From a virus (lineage: Duplodnaviria > Caudoviricetes), in the IMG/VR virus record IMGVR_UViG_3300032225_001576, positions 1-30,375 of that record: a stretch of 30,375 nucleotides of DNA; one strand, 5' to 3'. Numbering within the stretch: the stretch's first letter is position 1; every line of letters begins with the position of its first letter. The translations under genes and the position numbers were made by a program. The notes under the pieces were generated by a model, which was not told the origin of the DNA, made no database searches, and saw only the letters and a list, made by a program, of their open reading frames with translations. Positions 9,206 through 18,023 of this stretch are shown here, one piece after another.

Positions 9206-9243
9206 CGCACCCCCTCCGCTGACTGCGTTCGCCTCGGCACGAT
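9206..9243 (+). promoter_or_regulatory. Putative late promoter copy 2: CGCACCCCCT-N22-CACGAT
   Basis: Same motif and spacing; followed by AGGAGG RBS and ATG9264. Confidence 0.65.
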
Positions 9244-9263
9244 TGCGAGCCTAGGAGGACCGC

Positions 9264-10334
9264 ATGCACGAACACCTTCACGCCTTGGCGATCCACGCCT
9301 ACTACTGCGGCGAAACTGAGACCGGACGACGAGCAAGCGACCGGCTACTCAACATGCCGCTGCCGGAAGACCTCGAGCGGCAGGCTCGATCCAATCGCAC
9401 GTGGTACACGCCGCTCCTGGCCGAACTGGCGGTCCATACGCCGCTGCGGATCGAAGTCGAGCCGGCACATTGCGGCTGGTCAACGTTCAACCCCACGATC
9501 ATCGCCGACGGCAACAGCCTCTTGGCGATCGTGCGGTCGAGCAATTACCGGATCGACGCGGCCGGGCGGTACGTGATCCCGCCGGAAGACGACGGTGCGA
9601 TCCGCACCGAGAACATCCTCTGCCGGATCGACAAGGACGGGAACGCCTCCGACGCGAAGGTGATCGTCCCGCCGGCCTACGAGACTAACGGCTACCCGGT
9701 GCACGGCCTGGAAGACTGCCGGCTCCGTCGGACGCCCCGCGGCTTCGGCGTCTCGGCGACGGTCCGCGACGCGGCCCCGTGGGCAGGGCAGTGTCGGATC
9801 GGCGTGGCAGACCTAGACGTTGACGATGCCAGGCTGCACGGTATGCGTGTGCTGGAGTGGGAAGGGCTCCAGACGCACGAAAAGAACTGGATGCCGATCG
9901 ACAGCCAGGACGGCTGGCTCTACGCGGCCAACCACAACGGGCAGACGGTCACCGTGTCGGCCGACGCCGACATGCCGGGCGTGTACGAGGTGGCGGCCCG
10001 CGGCTCGGCCACGCACCTCGCCAAGGGATTCCGGGGCGGCGGGCAGCTCGTGCCGGTGCGTGGGGGCTGGCTAGGAATAGTCCACGAAGTCGCCCACCTC
10101 GAGGACGGCCGGCGAGCGTACGAGCATCGCTTCGTCTGGTTCGACGCGTCGTTCACGCTTCGCCGGTGGTCGCCGCTGTTCTCGTTTGTGAAGACGAAGT
10201 CGATCGAGTTCGCCGCCGGGCTGGCGTGGCTGGACGGGCAGATCGTCGTCGCCTTCGGGGTGAACGACGCGGAAGCCTGGACGACGACGCTCGCAGAGGA
10301 GGACGTATGCGAACTGCTCGCGCCTGTCTCGTGA
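9264..10334 (+). CDS. Glycoside hydrolase/phosphorylase-like five-bladed beta-propeller protein (GH43/GH130-like)
   Basis: Motifs FNPTI, GLEDCRL, EKNWMP, FRGG, YEHRFV, IEFAAGL; short helical N-terminus; strong RBS. Confidence 0.7.
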   Translation: MHEHLHALAIHAYYCGETETGRRASDRLLNMPLPEDLERQARSNRTWYTPLLAELAVHTPLRIEVEPAHCGWSTFNPTIIADGNSLLAIVRSSNYRIDAAGRYVIPPEDDGAIRTENILCRIDKDGNASDAKVIVPPAYETNGYPVHGLEDCRLRRTPRGFGVSATVRDAAPWAGQCRIGVADLDVDDARLHGMRVLEWEGLQTHEKNWMPIDSQDGWLYAANHNGQTVTVSADADMPGVYEVAARGSATHLAKGFRGGGQLVPVRGGWLGIVHEVAHLEDGRRAYEHRFVWFDASFTLRRWSPLFSFVKTKSIEFAAGLAWLDGQIVVAFGVNDAEAWTTTLAEEDVCELLAPVS

Positions 10335-10972
10335 CCGGGTACGTTCGGCTTGATCTGCCGAATCGATCCCACGACGAATACGAGCGGCTGGGCCGGCAGC
10401 TCGTCGGCGCTGCCGAAGCGGGTGGGCACGAAGTGCAGACGTTCGGCGGCACGGTTGAAGACTGCTGGCACTGGCACCTCTCCGCTGGGGCCGAACTGCC
10501 GCTCGGCAATCCCGGCAAGGACTCGCGGGAGTTCCTCGCCGTGCAGCATCAGAAGACGGCCTGGGTGGCGGACGCCGCGAAGATTACCGACTCCGACGTG
10601 CTCGTGTGGATGGACTACGGCCTGCTCCACGTGCCTGGCATCACGGCCGGCATGGTGCCGTCGTTCCTCGATCGGGCCGCTGCGGCGGCACCGCGGGACA
10701 GGATCGGCATGGCGTCGATCTGGGGTACGCCGTGGACGCGGCCAAATTGGCGACGGTGCGAGTGGTGGTGTGCCGGTGGGGTGTTCACGGTGCCGCGGCG
10801 ATGGGCGGCGATCTGGCATGGGGCGGTGGTGGAACAGGCACAGGCGTTGCGCAGACTCGGACACGTCACGTGGGAAGTCAACACCTGGGCTGGGGCGTGG
10901 GCTGTCAACACGCGGCACGTCCGCCCGTGGCTCTGCGACCACAACGAGACGATTCTGGAGGCGGGGCCGTGA
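10307..10972 (+). CDS. HtrL/YibB-like putative glycosyltransferase
   Basis: True start ATG10307 after AGAGGAGG; motifs LVTGY, HQKTAWV, VWMDYG, WCAGGVF, TWEVN. Confidence 0.6.
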   Translation: MRTARACLVTGYVRLDLPNRSHDEYERLGRQLVGAAEAGGHEVQTFGGTVEDCWHWHLSAGAELPLGNPGKDSREFLAVQHQKTAWVADAAKITDSDVLVWMDYGLLHVPGITAGMVPSFLDRAAAAAPRDRIGMASIWGTPWTRPNWRRCEWWCAGGVFTVPRRWAAIWHGAVVEQAQALRRLGHVTWEVNTWAGAWAVNTRHVRPWLCDHNETILEAGP

Positions 10973-11655
10973 ATGACTACGTCGTGGTCATCCCGACGCG
11001 GAACCGCTACCGGCTGTGCCTACGGGCGATCCGGTCGGCGCTGACGCAGACAGTCCCGCCGGCGGAAGTCTTCGTCGTTGACGACGCCTCGGACGATCAG
11101 CGGTATCAGTGGCTTGAGGAGATCGTCGGCAGCCCGCGGCTGACCGTCCTTCGGCGAGCCGTCTCTAGCCGGGACGAAACCGGGGCTGGGTTTGCGGTTG
11201 GCTCGGTGCGAAACGAAGCCATCCGGCACGTGATCAAAATCGGATTCAGCGGTTGGGTAGCGTTCCTCGACGACGACGATGAGTGGATGCCAACGAAGAC
11301 CGCCACGCAGTTCGCGGCAGTCCGCGAGCACGACCCGTATCTGGTGCTCTGCTCCAACGCATTCAACCGCAGCCCCGACGGTGTCGTCTGCGGGTATCAC
11401 CACGAGAAGCATGGCGTGCAGATCACCGACACGACGCGAGACGTGACCGCGATCTGCCGAGTAATGAATCCCGTCATCAACTCGACGGCGATGATCCACA
11501 CGAGGATCGTCGAGCGGCTCGGCGATCAGCAACCGACCGGATTCGGCGAGGACTGGGACTACTGGAAGCGAGCCGGCAGGCTCACCGGAATCATGCGGAT
11601 CGAAGAGCCGCTGGCGTGGTACACGACCGGCAATCCAAAGGAATACACCCTGTGA
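10969..11655 (+). CDS. Glycosyltransferase family 2
   Basis: GTGA overlap start 10969; VVIPTRNR, VVDDASDD, RNEAI, AFLDDDDEW, GEDWDYW. Confidence 0.9.
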   Translation: MNDYVVVIPTRNRYRLCLRAIRSALTQTVPPAEVFVVDDASDDQRYQWLEEIVGSPRLTVLRRAVSSRDETGAGFAVGSVRNEAIRHVIKIGFSGWVAFLDDDDEWMPTKTATQFAAVREHDPYLVLCSNAFNRSPDGVVCGYHHEKHGVQITDTTRDVTAICRVMNPVINSTAMIHTRIVERLGDQQPTGFGEDWDYWKRAGRLTGIMRIEEPLAWYTTGNPKEYTL

Positions 11656-12686
11656 AAATCGGTATCTACGCTCTTGCAAAGAACGAAGCGAAGCACGCAG
11701 AAGCGTGGGCCGCGGCGACCGCCGATGCCGATGTCCGCGTGGTGACCGACACAGGCTCAACCGACGGCACCGTCGAACTGCTCCAGGCGGCCGGCGTGGC
11801 CGTGGCCCGGTCGTTCGTCGTGCCGTGGCGGTGGGATGTGGCGTGGACGCAGGCGCTCTGCAACCTTCCGCCCGATGTCGATGTCGCCTTCCGGGTCGAT
11901 CTCGACGAGCGTCCACAGTCCGGATGGCGAGCGGCGATCGAGGCGGCGTGGGACGGGACGGCCAACAATCTCTTCTACGACTACTGGTGGAGCATGGACG
12001 ACGACGGCCGTCCGCTCCTGCGGTTTCATTGCGATCGGGTCCACGCCCGGTCCGGCTTCGTCTGGCGGCAGGCCACGCACGAGGGGCTCGTCTGCTGGTC
12101 GGGAGACAAGGTCCAGCGCAAGGCCGACGGCCTGGTCGTCGAGCACCACCGCGACAAGGGCAAGGCGCACAAGACCGACCTCGAGCTGCTCAAGGTGGCG
12201 GTCAACGAGTCCCCGGCCGACGCACGGGCGCGGTGGTACTACGCTCGGGAGTTGGACTACGCCGGCATTCCAACGGCGGCAGGCGAGTTTGCCGGCTTCC
12301 TGAAGATGCCCGGTGGATCGCCGACAGAGCGGGCTTACGCTCTGCGGCGGCTGGCGTCGATCACCGGCGACGGGGCATACCTCGACCGGGCCGCGCGGGA
12401 ATCGCCGGGCGAGCCGGACGGGTGGGAACGGCTGGCGCTGGCCGCTCACCACGGCGAGGATTGGCCGCGGTCGCTTGAGTTCGCGGAACGAGCGATTGCC
12501 TCGCCGGTCAGCACGCATGCCACCGATCCGCTGGCAAAGGCGAGGGCGGCAGAGCTTGCGTCAATCGCCCTCTGGCACCTCGGACGCAAGGCGGACGCCC
12601 TGACGCACGCCAGGGCCGCTGCCGCACAATTGCACTGGGACGAGCGGATCGTCGGCAACGCAGCGGAAATGGAGGCGAGTCTATGA
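11652..12686 (+). CDS. Glycosyltransferase family 2 with C-terminal TPR-like repeats
   Basis: GTGA overlap start 11652; IYALAKNE, DTGSTDGT, VDLDE, HEGL; helical C-terminus with ARARWYYARE. Confidence 0.88.
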   Translation: MKIGIYALAKNEAKHAEAWAAATADADVRVVTDTGSTDGTVELLQAAGVAVARSFVVPWRWDVAWTQALCNLPPDVDVAFRVDLDERPQSGWRAAIEAAWDGTANNLFYDYWWSMDDDGRPLLRFHCDRVHARSGFVWRQATHEGLVCWSGDKVQRKADGLVVEHHRDKGKAHKTDLELLKVAVNESPADARARWYYARELDYAGIPTAAGEFAGFLKMPGGSPTERAYALRRLASITGDGAYLDRAARESPGEPDGWERLALAAHHGEDWPRSLEFAERAIASPVSTHATDPLAKARAAELASIALWHLGRKADALTHARAAAAQLHWDERIVGNAAEMEASL

Positions 12687-13129
12687 GCGTCCAGAACGAC
12701 ATCATGACGGCGCTCGTCGCCTCTCTCGACGCGGTGACGTGGACGGCAACGGCCGACACGGTGACGGTCGAGACGAAGAACTTTCCGCAGTACGACATCG
12801 AGGATCTCGCCGACCCGGTGATCTGCATCACCGACGGCTCGATCGAGTCGGAACGGATCGCCAGGTCGTCGCACATGCGGGACTACGCGGTCGAGATTTA
12901 CCTTGCTCGGCACACGCCGGAAGAGGCGGATTGCGACGTGATGCTCGATCTGCTCGAGGAGCTGCTCGGCAAGCTCGAGGATCACTCCTGGCCTGGGATC
13001 ACGTGGCCGACCGGAGTCACGTCGCCGCAGACGATCGTGGTCGAGAAGAACCCCGGCGAGGCGCTGCAAGAGCGGAACGTTTGGCGGGCGGGGATCGTCG
13101 TGACGTTCCGGGTTCCGAGGAGTCACTAA
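12683..13129 (+). CDS. Putative tail terminator protein
   Basis: 148 aa acidic protein, ATGA overlap, neck-tail region position. Confidence 0.55.
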   Translation: MSVQNDIMTALVASLDAVTWTATADTVTVETKNFPQYDIEDLADPVICITDGSIESERIARSSHMRDYAVEIYLARHTPEEADCDVMLDLLEELLGKLEDHSWPGITWPTGVTSPQTIVVEKNPGEALQERNVWRAGIVVTFRVPRSH

Positions 13130-13130
13130 T

Positions 13131-13757
13131 ATGGGCGAGATCGTCCGCATCAAGCTCGACGGGCTAGGAACCGGGAAGGTCACGGGACGAACGAAGTTCA
13201 AGTGGAACCACGTGCGCGACCGCATGTCCGCCGGGCGGCAGAAGGCTCTCAAGATCGCCGGTGCAGAGGTTCGACGGGCCGTTCAAAGGTCGATGTCCAA
13301 TCGCCGGCCGTCGATGGAAAAGCTCGTGGAGATCGGCACCGTAAACGGGCAGCGTCTTGTGGCACGGCGGAAACAGACCGCGAAGCCCGATAGGGTGACA
13401 AGCTGGAAGACGGCACAGTTCCCGAAAGGCTTCCTGCGGTCGGACATCCAGTACGACTACGACTCGTCAACAGACAGCGTCGTTGTCGGGCCGGCAAAGC
13501 TTCCGAAGCTCAACAAGCTTCACGAGGTGGGCGGCACGATCAATCTGTGGTTCGTGAAGACCGCCGCCCCGGCGAAGGTGCCGCGGCGATTCTCTGGCGG
13601 GGCCGTGTTCGGCATCACGTCAAACCGTCCCATTGGCAGCGATTCGATCAAGCTTGGGGCGCGTCGGGTAAAGGCCCGCCGGTACATGGAGACCGGGTTA
13701 AAGAACGGCATGGCGAAGATCCCCGCAGCGTTCCGCGACGCGATCTCCGGTCCCTGA
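13131..13757 (+). CDS. Putative neck / tail completion protein (HK97 gp10 / Mu gpG-like)
   Basis: Basic 208 aa; LRSDIQY...VVVGP, LHEVGG, KARRYM motifs. Confidence 0.65.
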   Translation: MGEIVRIKLDGLGTGKVTGRTKFKWNHVRDRMSAGRQKALKIAGAEVRRAVQRSMSNRRPSMEKLVEIGTVNGQRLVARRKQTAKPDRVTSWKTAQFPKGFLRSDIQYDYDSSTDSVVVGPAKLPKLNKLHEVGGTINLWFVKTAAPAKVPRRFSGGAVFGITSNRPIGSDSIKLGARRVKARRYMETGLKNGMAKIPAAFRDAISGP

Positions 13758-13762
13758 CCCGC

Positions 13763-13800
13763 CACACCCCCTCCGGCCTTGCCGCCTCGCCGCCGACGAT
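13763..13800 (+). promoter_or_regulatory. Putative late promoter copy 3: CACACCCCCT-N22-GACGAT
   Basis: Same motif and spacing; upstream of GGAGG RBS and ATG13830; a partial copy CACACCCC lies at 13806-13813. Confidence 0.65.
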
Positions 13801-13829
13801 AGAGCCACACCCCACGCGGAGGCTCTCGC

Positions 13830-14168
13830 ATGGCCGGCGAAACGATCGTCCTCGGCAAGAACGTCACCTACTCGGGGATCACGAACGTGATCGAAGGGTC
13901 GATCACGACCACGTTCACCGAGATTGACAAGACGAAGGCCGGCGACACGGAGCGAACGTTTCTCCGCGGGTGGGCGGAGCAAACGCTTGACGTTACGTGC
14001 GTGGACGTGCCAGGCGTGACCGAGGGCAGCGTGGTCACGGTCACTGCGTCGGGAGCGAACGGTCACAACCTCTCGTCGATCAAGTTTCTCGTGACCAACG
14101 TCAGCCAAGACGAGCCGCTCGACGACAAGATCACGTATTCCGTCTCCTGCACTCGCGGCGTCCAGTAA
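13830..14168 (+). CDS. Tail-tube-like protein, paralogue 1
   Basis: 112 aa beta-rich; IVLGK start, VTNVSQDEPLDD..TYSV end; major-tail position. Confidence 0.65.
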   Translation: MAGETIVLGKNVTYSGITNVIEGSITTTFTEIDKTKAGDTERTFLRGWAEQTLDVTCVDVPGVTEGSVVTVTASGANGHNLSSIKFLVTNVSQDEPLDDKITYSVSCTRGVQ

Positions 14169-14177
14169 GGAGCAATC

Positions 14178-14498
14178 ATGGGTGTCACTCTCGGCCGCGA
14201 CGGCGGCAATCCCACAGGCGCAAACGGCGCAACGGGCATCACGAAGGTCACGTGGACCCGCGAGGCCACGGCGATCGACGTTTCGCACCGCGGACTCGTC
14301 AATCCGTCCGGGATTTCCTACAAGGCCGCGACGGGCGGGTTTATCACCCGTACCGCACAGATTGAGTGCCTCGACGCGACGGCGGTCATGTCGTCGCTGG
14401 CGTCTGCCGGCACCGGCTACATCGTCACCAACGTCTCCGAGAATCGGCCGCTTGACGGTTCGGTCACGTTCACGTTGACCGCCAAGAAGACCTCCTGA
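14178..14498 (+). CDS. Tail-tube-like protein, paralogue 2
   Basis: 106 aa; TAAGGAG RBS; VTLGRD start, VTNVSENRPLDG..TFTL end. Confidence 0.65.
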   Translation: MGVTLGRDGGNPTGANGATGITKVTWTREATAIDVSHRGLVNPSGISYKAATGGFITRTAQIECLDATAVMSSLASAGTGYIVTNVSENRPLDGSVTFTLTAKKTS

Positions 14499-14511
14499 CC
14501 GTGGAGGCGTC

Positions 14512-14868
14512 GTGGCAATTGTTCTTGGTCGAGACGCTGGCCTGACGTGGAATGGTCTGACCGTTCCGGCCGCGCGTGACATGCTGTTGAACGTCACGAC
14601 AGTCACCCGCGACATTCAGCCCTTCGGCTCGCGGTCCATGATTTCGTACCAGACCGGGTACGGGCTCACTCTCACCGTCGAAACAATCGACGACGCTGCG
14701 GCATCGACCGCCTTCGCAGCAGCGGTCGCCGGCACCGAGATTGCAGTGGTGGCCGGAGGCTATTCGTTCACGGCGGTCGTGTCGAGCGTCTCGGACGCCA
14801 TGCCGCTTGAAGACAAGCGGGCATGGTCGATCGAGATGCGAAAAACCCAAGCAGGACTCCGCACGTGA
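14512..14868 (+). CDS. Tail-tube-like protein, paralogue 3
   Basis: 118 aa; GGAGG RBS; IVLGRD start, VSSVSDAMPLED..AWSI end. Confidence 0.62.
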   Translation: MAIVLGRDAGLTWNGLTVPAARDMLLNVTTVTRDIQPFGSRSMISYQTGYGLTLTVETIDDAAASTAFAAAVAGTEIAVVAGGYSFTAVVSSVSDAMPLEDKRAWSIEMRKTQAGLRT

Positions 14869-15380
14869 AAGAGTTTCGTGATGACCAAGGCCGCCCGTGG
14901 CATGTGTCTCTGACCGTGTCGTCGGCGAAGCGGGTGAAGGATCTGGTTCGCGTCGTGCCGCCGCCGCGGACCGCAGACGAGCCGACGCCGACGGAAGCTG
15001 TGCCGTTCGATCTGATCGACGCCGGCGACATCGCCCGCACGTTCCAGATCCTGCGGTCGAACTTCTCCGCACTCGGCGAGACGCTTTACGCCCTCCTGCT
15101 GCCGGCGATCGAGAAGGCCGGGCTGACGAAAGAGCAGTTCCTTGACGGACTCCGCGGCGAGTCGCTCGAGCAAGGAGGGCTGGCGGTCGAGGAGGAGCTG
15201 ATCGCTTTTTTCCCACCTCGCCTCCGCGGCGTGGTCACGACGCTGGCGGCTCGGATGACCGAGCTGACGGCCGAGGTGACGAAGCAGGCGGAGGCGGCCC
15301 TGCGGACACCTGGTCCGTCATCTGGGAGTGCTGCGGCATCACCGGACTCGACCCCGACAACCGCACCCTCCGAGAGTTGA
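14865..15380 (+). CDS. Tail assembly chaperone (gpG-like)
   Basis: GTGA overlap start 14865 (MKEFRDDQGRPW); between tube-like genes and tape measure; low-complexity Ser/Pro tail. Confidence 0.7.
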   Translation: MKEFRDDQGRPWHVSLTVSSAKRVKDLVRVVPPPRTADEPTPTEAVPFDLIDAGDIARTFQILRSNFSALGETLYALLLPAIEKAGLTKEQFLDGLRGESLEQGGLAVEEELIAFFPPRLRGVVTTLAARMTELTAEVTKQAEAALRTPGPSSGSAAASPDSTPTTAPSES

Positions 15381-15583
15381 TCGCGGCCCGTGATGCACGC
15401 CTGGAAAGCGACTGGTGGCACACGGCACAGCAACTCGCGCAGTTTGCGAACACTCACCGTGGCCAAGGTAAGCCGGCAGTCGAGGCCGCGAAACTCAACC
15501 CGTTCACGAAGGCCCGACCGACACCGAAAAGAGAAGCGACCGAGGCCGATCTGCTCGAGCTATTCGGACCCGCCGGAGGATGA
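15311..15583 (+). CDS. Tail assembly chaperone C-terminal part (gpT-like), probably expressed by -1 frameshift; start coordinate approximate
   Basis: -1 frame open 15146-15583; protein-like from WSVIWECCGITGLDPDNRTLRELIAARDAR; only a TTG start at 15377. Confidence 0.6.
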   Translation, partial: WSVIWECCGITGLDPDNRTLRELIAARDARLESDWWHTAQQLAQFANTHRGQGKPAVEAAKLNPFTKARPTPKREATEADLLELFGPAGG

Positions 15584-15586
15584 AGC

Positions 15587-17089
15587 ATGAGTGCGTCAGC
15601 AGTCCGCGGCGGCCAGGTCTACGTTGAGATCGGGGCGAACCCGTCGAAGTTCCTTTCGGCACTCTCGTCGATCAACACGAAGGTGGCCGACGTTGGCATG
15701 ACGCTCGAACATGCCGGTATGGGCATGGCGGCGATCGGTGCGGCGATTGCCGGTCCGATCATGGCAGTCGGCGGTGCGTTTGTGGAACGGACCGCCGAAA
15801 TCGCCAACATGCAGCGGGCGCTGAAGGACGTGGGCACCGCCGTCGGCGAGGCGGTCGCTCCGGCGTTCGTCGGCATTGCCAACGTCGTCGCCGGGGCCGC
15901 GAAGGCCGTCGCCAAGTTCGTCCGCGACAATCAGCAGCTCGTCCGCCTGGCGGTGGCGGTCGGCGGATATTTCACGGCCTGGGGCACGGCTACGTACGCC
16001 CTCGGATTCGCCTTGACCACGGTGTCAAGGACAATCGCCGCCACGGTTGGTCCGGTCAGCGGGTTCCTCGGAGTGGTGAAGGGTGCGGCGGTGGCCGTCG
16101 GTGCCTTTGCCGCGAGCGGCCCGGTGCTTGCGGCCGCGGCGGTGCTCGCCGGGATCGGGGCCGGTGCCGTGGCGGCCGGCGTCGATCTGCGAAAGCTCGC
16201 GGGGGTGATCGGCAAAGAGTTCGCCAGCCCGATCAGCAATCTGAAGGCCGTGTTCGGCGATCTCCTCGGCACGGTGAATCTCACCGTCGAAGGGGTGTAC
16301 CGAGCGATCGCGGCCGGCGATCTCGCCGGGGCAGTCGACGTTTTGTGGGCCGGCTGGGCCGCGGCGTGGGCTCGCGGCGAGCAGGCGATCATGGGCGCTC
16401 TCGATCCGTGGATTGAGGCCGTGCAGAACGTCTTCTCTGACTTCGGGATCGGCATGGCCGCAGCTTGGGATCAGATGTGGGTCAATATGGCGACAAGCGA
16501 ATGGGGCGCATATCTGCTCGGCGCGATGGACAACGTGCTGAATGGTATTTTCGCCTACTGGGACTGGCTCACCGGAAACCTCGAGAAGGGCTGGACGGAG
16601 TTGTGGCGGCGTGTCGGTCGTATCTCCGACGAGGCCGCGAACAAAGAGTTCGCCCGCATTGAAGCCGCAAACGCTGCCAATGCCGATCAGCGCGGCCGCG
16701 ATCGTCCGGGCTTCGCCGGTCGCACCGGGCTGACCGACGAGCAGAAGGCAAAAATGCAGCAGGAGAGCCGCGACCGGCAGGCGGCGATGTTCGCCGAGGC
16801 CGAGCGGATTCGGCAAGACCGTGCCGACCGCACGCGGCAGAACGTTGCTGACCGGGCCGTCGCCGTTGCCGACGCCAACCGCAACCTGCAAGCGCAGGTG
16901 AATCGGTTCCCCGTGCCCGGGCCAGTGGCGATGGCCGCGACAACGAAGACCGAGACGGCCGGCACGTTCTCGGCGTTCGGCCTGGGCCAGCTCGGCACCG
17001 GCAACATCGACAAGCAACAGCTTGAAGAGCTGAAGCACATCCGCGAGGAATTGCAGCGTCAAGGCCGCATGGGCGGGATCGGACCGTGA
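15587..17089 (+). CDS. Tape measure protein
   Basis: 500 aa Ala/Gly-rich helical protein with periodic Trp; GGAGG RBS; follows chaperone pair. Confidence 0.82.
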   Translation: MSASAVRGGQVYVEIGANPSKFLSALSSINTKVADVGMTLEHAGMGMAAIGAAIAGPIMAVGGAFVERTAEIANMQRALKDVGTAVGEAVAPAFVGIANVVAGAAKAVAKFVRDNQQLVRLAVAVGGYFTAWGTATYALGFALTTVSRTIAATVGPVSGFLGVVKGAAVAVGAFAASGPVLAAAAVLAGIGAGAVAAGVDLRKLAGVIGKEFASPISNLKAVFGDLLGTVNLTVEGVYRAIAAGDLAGAVDVLWAGWAAAWARGEQAIMGALDPWIEAVQNVFSDFGIGMAAAWDQMWVNMATSEWGAYLLGAMDNVLNGIFAYWDWLTGNLEKGWTELWRRVGRISDEAANKEFARIEAANAANADQRGRDRPGFAGRTGLTDEQKAKMQQESRDRQAAMFAEAERIRQDRADRTRQNVADRAVAVADANRNLQAQVNRFPVPGPVAMAATTKTETAGTFSAFGLGQLGTGNIDKQQLEELKHIREELQRQGRMGGIGP

Positions 17090-17099
17090 GGAGGAAGCC

Positions 17100-18023
17100 G
17101 TGGCTCTGACATGGATTGAGGATGTAACAAGCCGATCGTCAACAATCTACCGGCTGGGCCGGCGCGATCCGAGCACCCGCACGCGGATCTGGAACGTGAT
17201 CGGTTCGAGCGACGAAGACGCTCTCCACGCCGACATCAACGTCAAGCTCTCCACGCTCTACACCTACTGGACGTACCCCGGCCAGCCGCAGGTCAAACTC
17301 CGCGCCGAAAACTATTCGGTCTCCTACCAGGGCGACGACGCGTGGTTGGTAACGGTCGCCTACGAGAAGATCGGTGCCGACGATCCGACGCAGACAGGAC
17401 CGCTGAAACGAGTGCGGTCGTTCGACACGACCGGCGGCACGCAGACGGTGACGCAGGCGCGGGGACAGCAAGGCGGAGAGCAGGTGTATGGGCCAAACGG
17501 ATTGTTGTTTGGGCAGAATGCGCCGACAACGTACGGAGCTGTGAATGTCGACGATCGCAACGTAAACGGGGTCGACATCGTTGTTCCGCAATTGACGTGG
17601 TCGGAACAATACGACGTTCCGTCAACGTACATGACGCAGGCGTACATTCGCGCCATCCATCTGCTAACCGGAAGCGTAAACGACGCGTCATTTCGCGGGT
17701 TTCGCAAAGGCGAGGTATTGTTTGCAGGCATGAGCGGATCGCAAGAATGGGACGCACAGCGCGGCAACGGGCCGTGGTCGCTCACCTACAAATTCATTGC
17801 GTCGCCAAATCGCGGCAACGAAGCGTTTGGCGCATCGCTGCCACCCGAACCAATTGGAGACATCACTGCATACAACAAGGGCGGACATGACTTCTTGTGG
17901 GTGAAATACGCATCGCAAGATGATCAGAACAATAACATCGTGATTCGCAAACCTCTTTTTGTGTACATCAACAAGGTCTACCCGGACGGCGACTTCTCCA
18001 AGATCGGAATCGGTGTCGCATGA
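17100..18023 (+). CDS. Putative distal tail / tail-tip protein
   Basis: 307 aa aromatic beta-rich ORF immediately after tape measure; GAGGAGG RBS. Confidence 0.6.
   Translation: MALTWIEDVTSRSSTIYRLGRRDPSTRTRIWNVIGSSDEDALHADINVKLSTLYTYWTYPGQPQVKLRAENYSVSYQGDDAWLVTVAYEKIGADDPTQTGPLKRVRSFDTTGGTQTVTQARGQQGGEQVYGPNGLLFGQNAPTTYGAVNVDDRNVNGVDIVVPQLTWSEQYDVPSTYMTQAYIRAIHLLTGSVNDASFRGFRKGEVLFAGMSGSQEWDAQRGNGPWSLTYKFIASPNRGNEAFGASLPPEPIGDITAYNKGGHDFLWVKYASQDDQNNNIVIRKPLFVYINKVYPDGDFSKIGIGVA

Noticed and set aside
9857-10306. Long N-terminal extensions in the ORF track (also starts at 10606, 11283, 18382, 21229, 23361, 23561, 25095, 25478, 27476)
   Set aside because: They overlap upstream genes in other frames; true starts are at stop/start overlaps or strong RBSs further downstream
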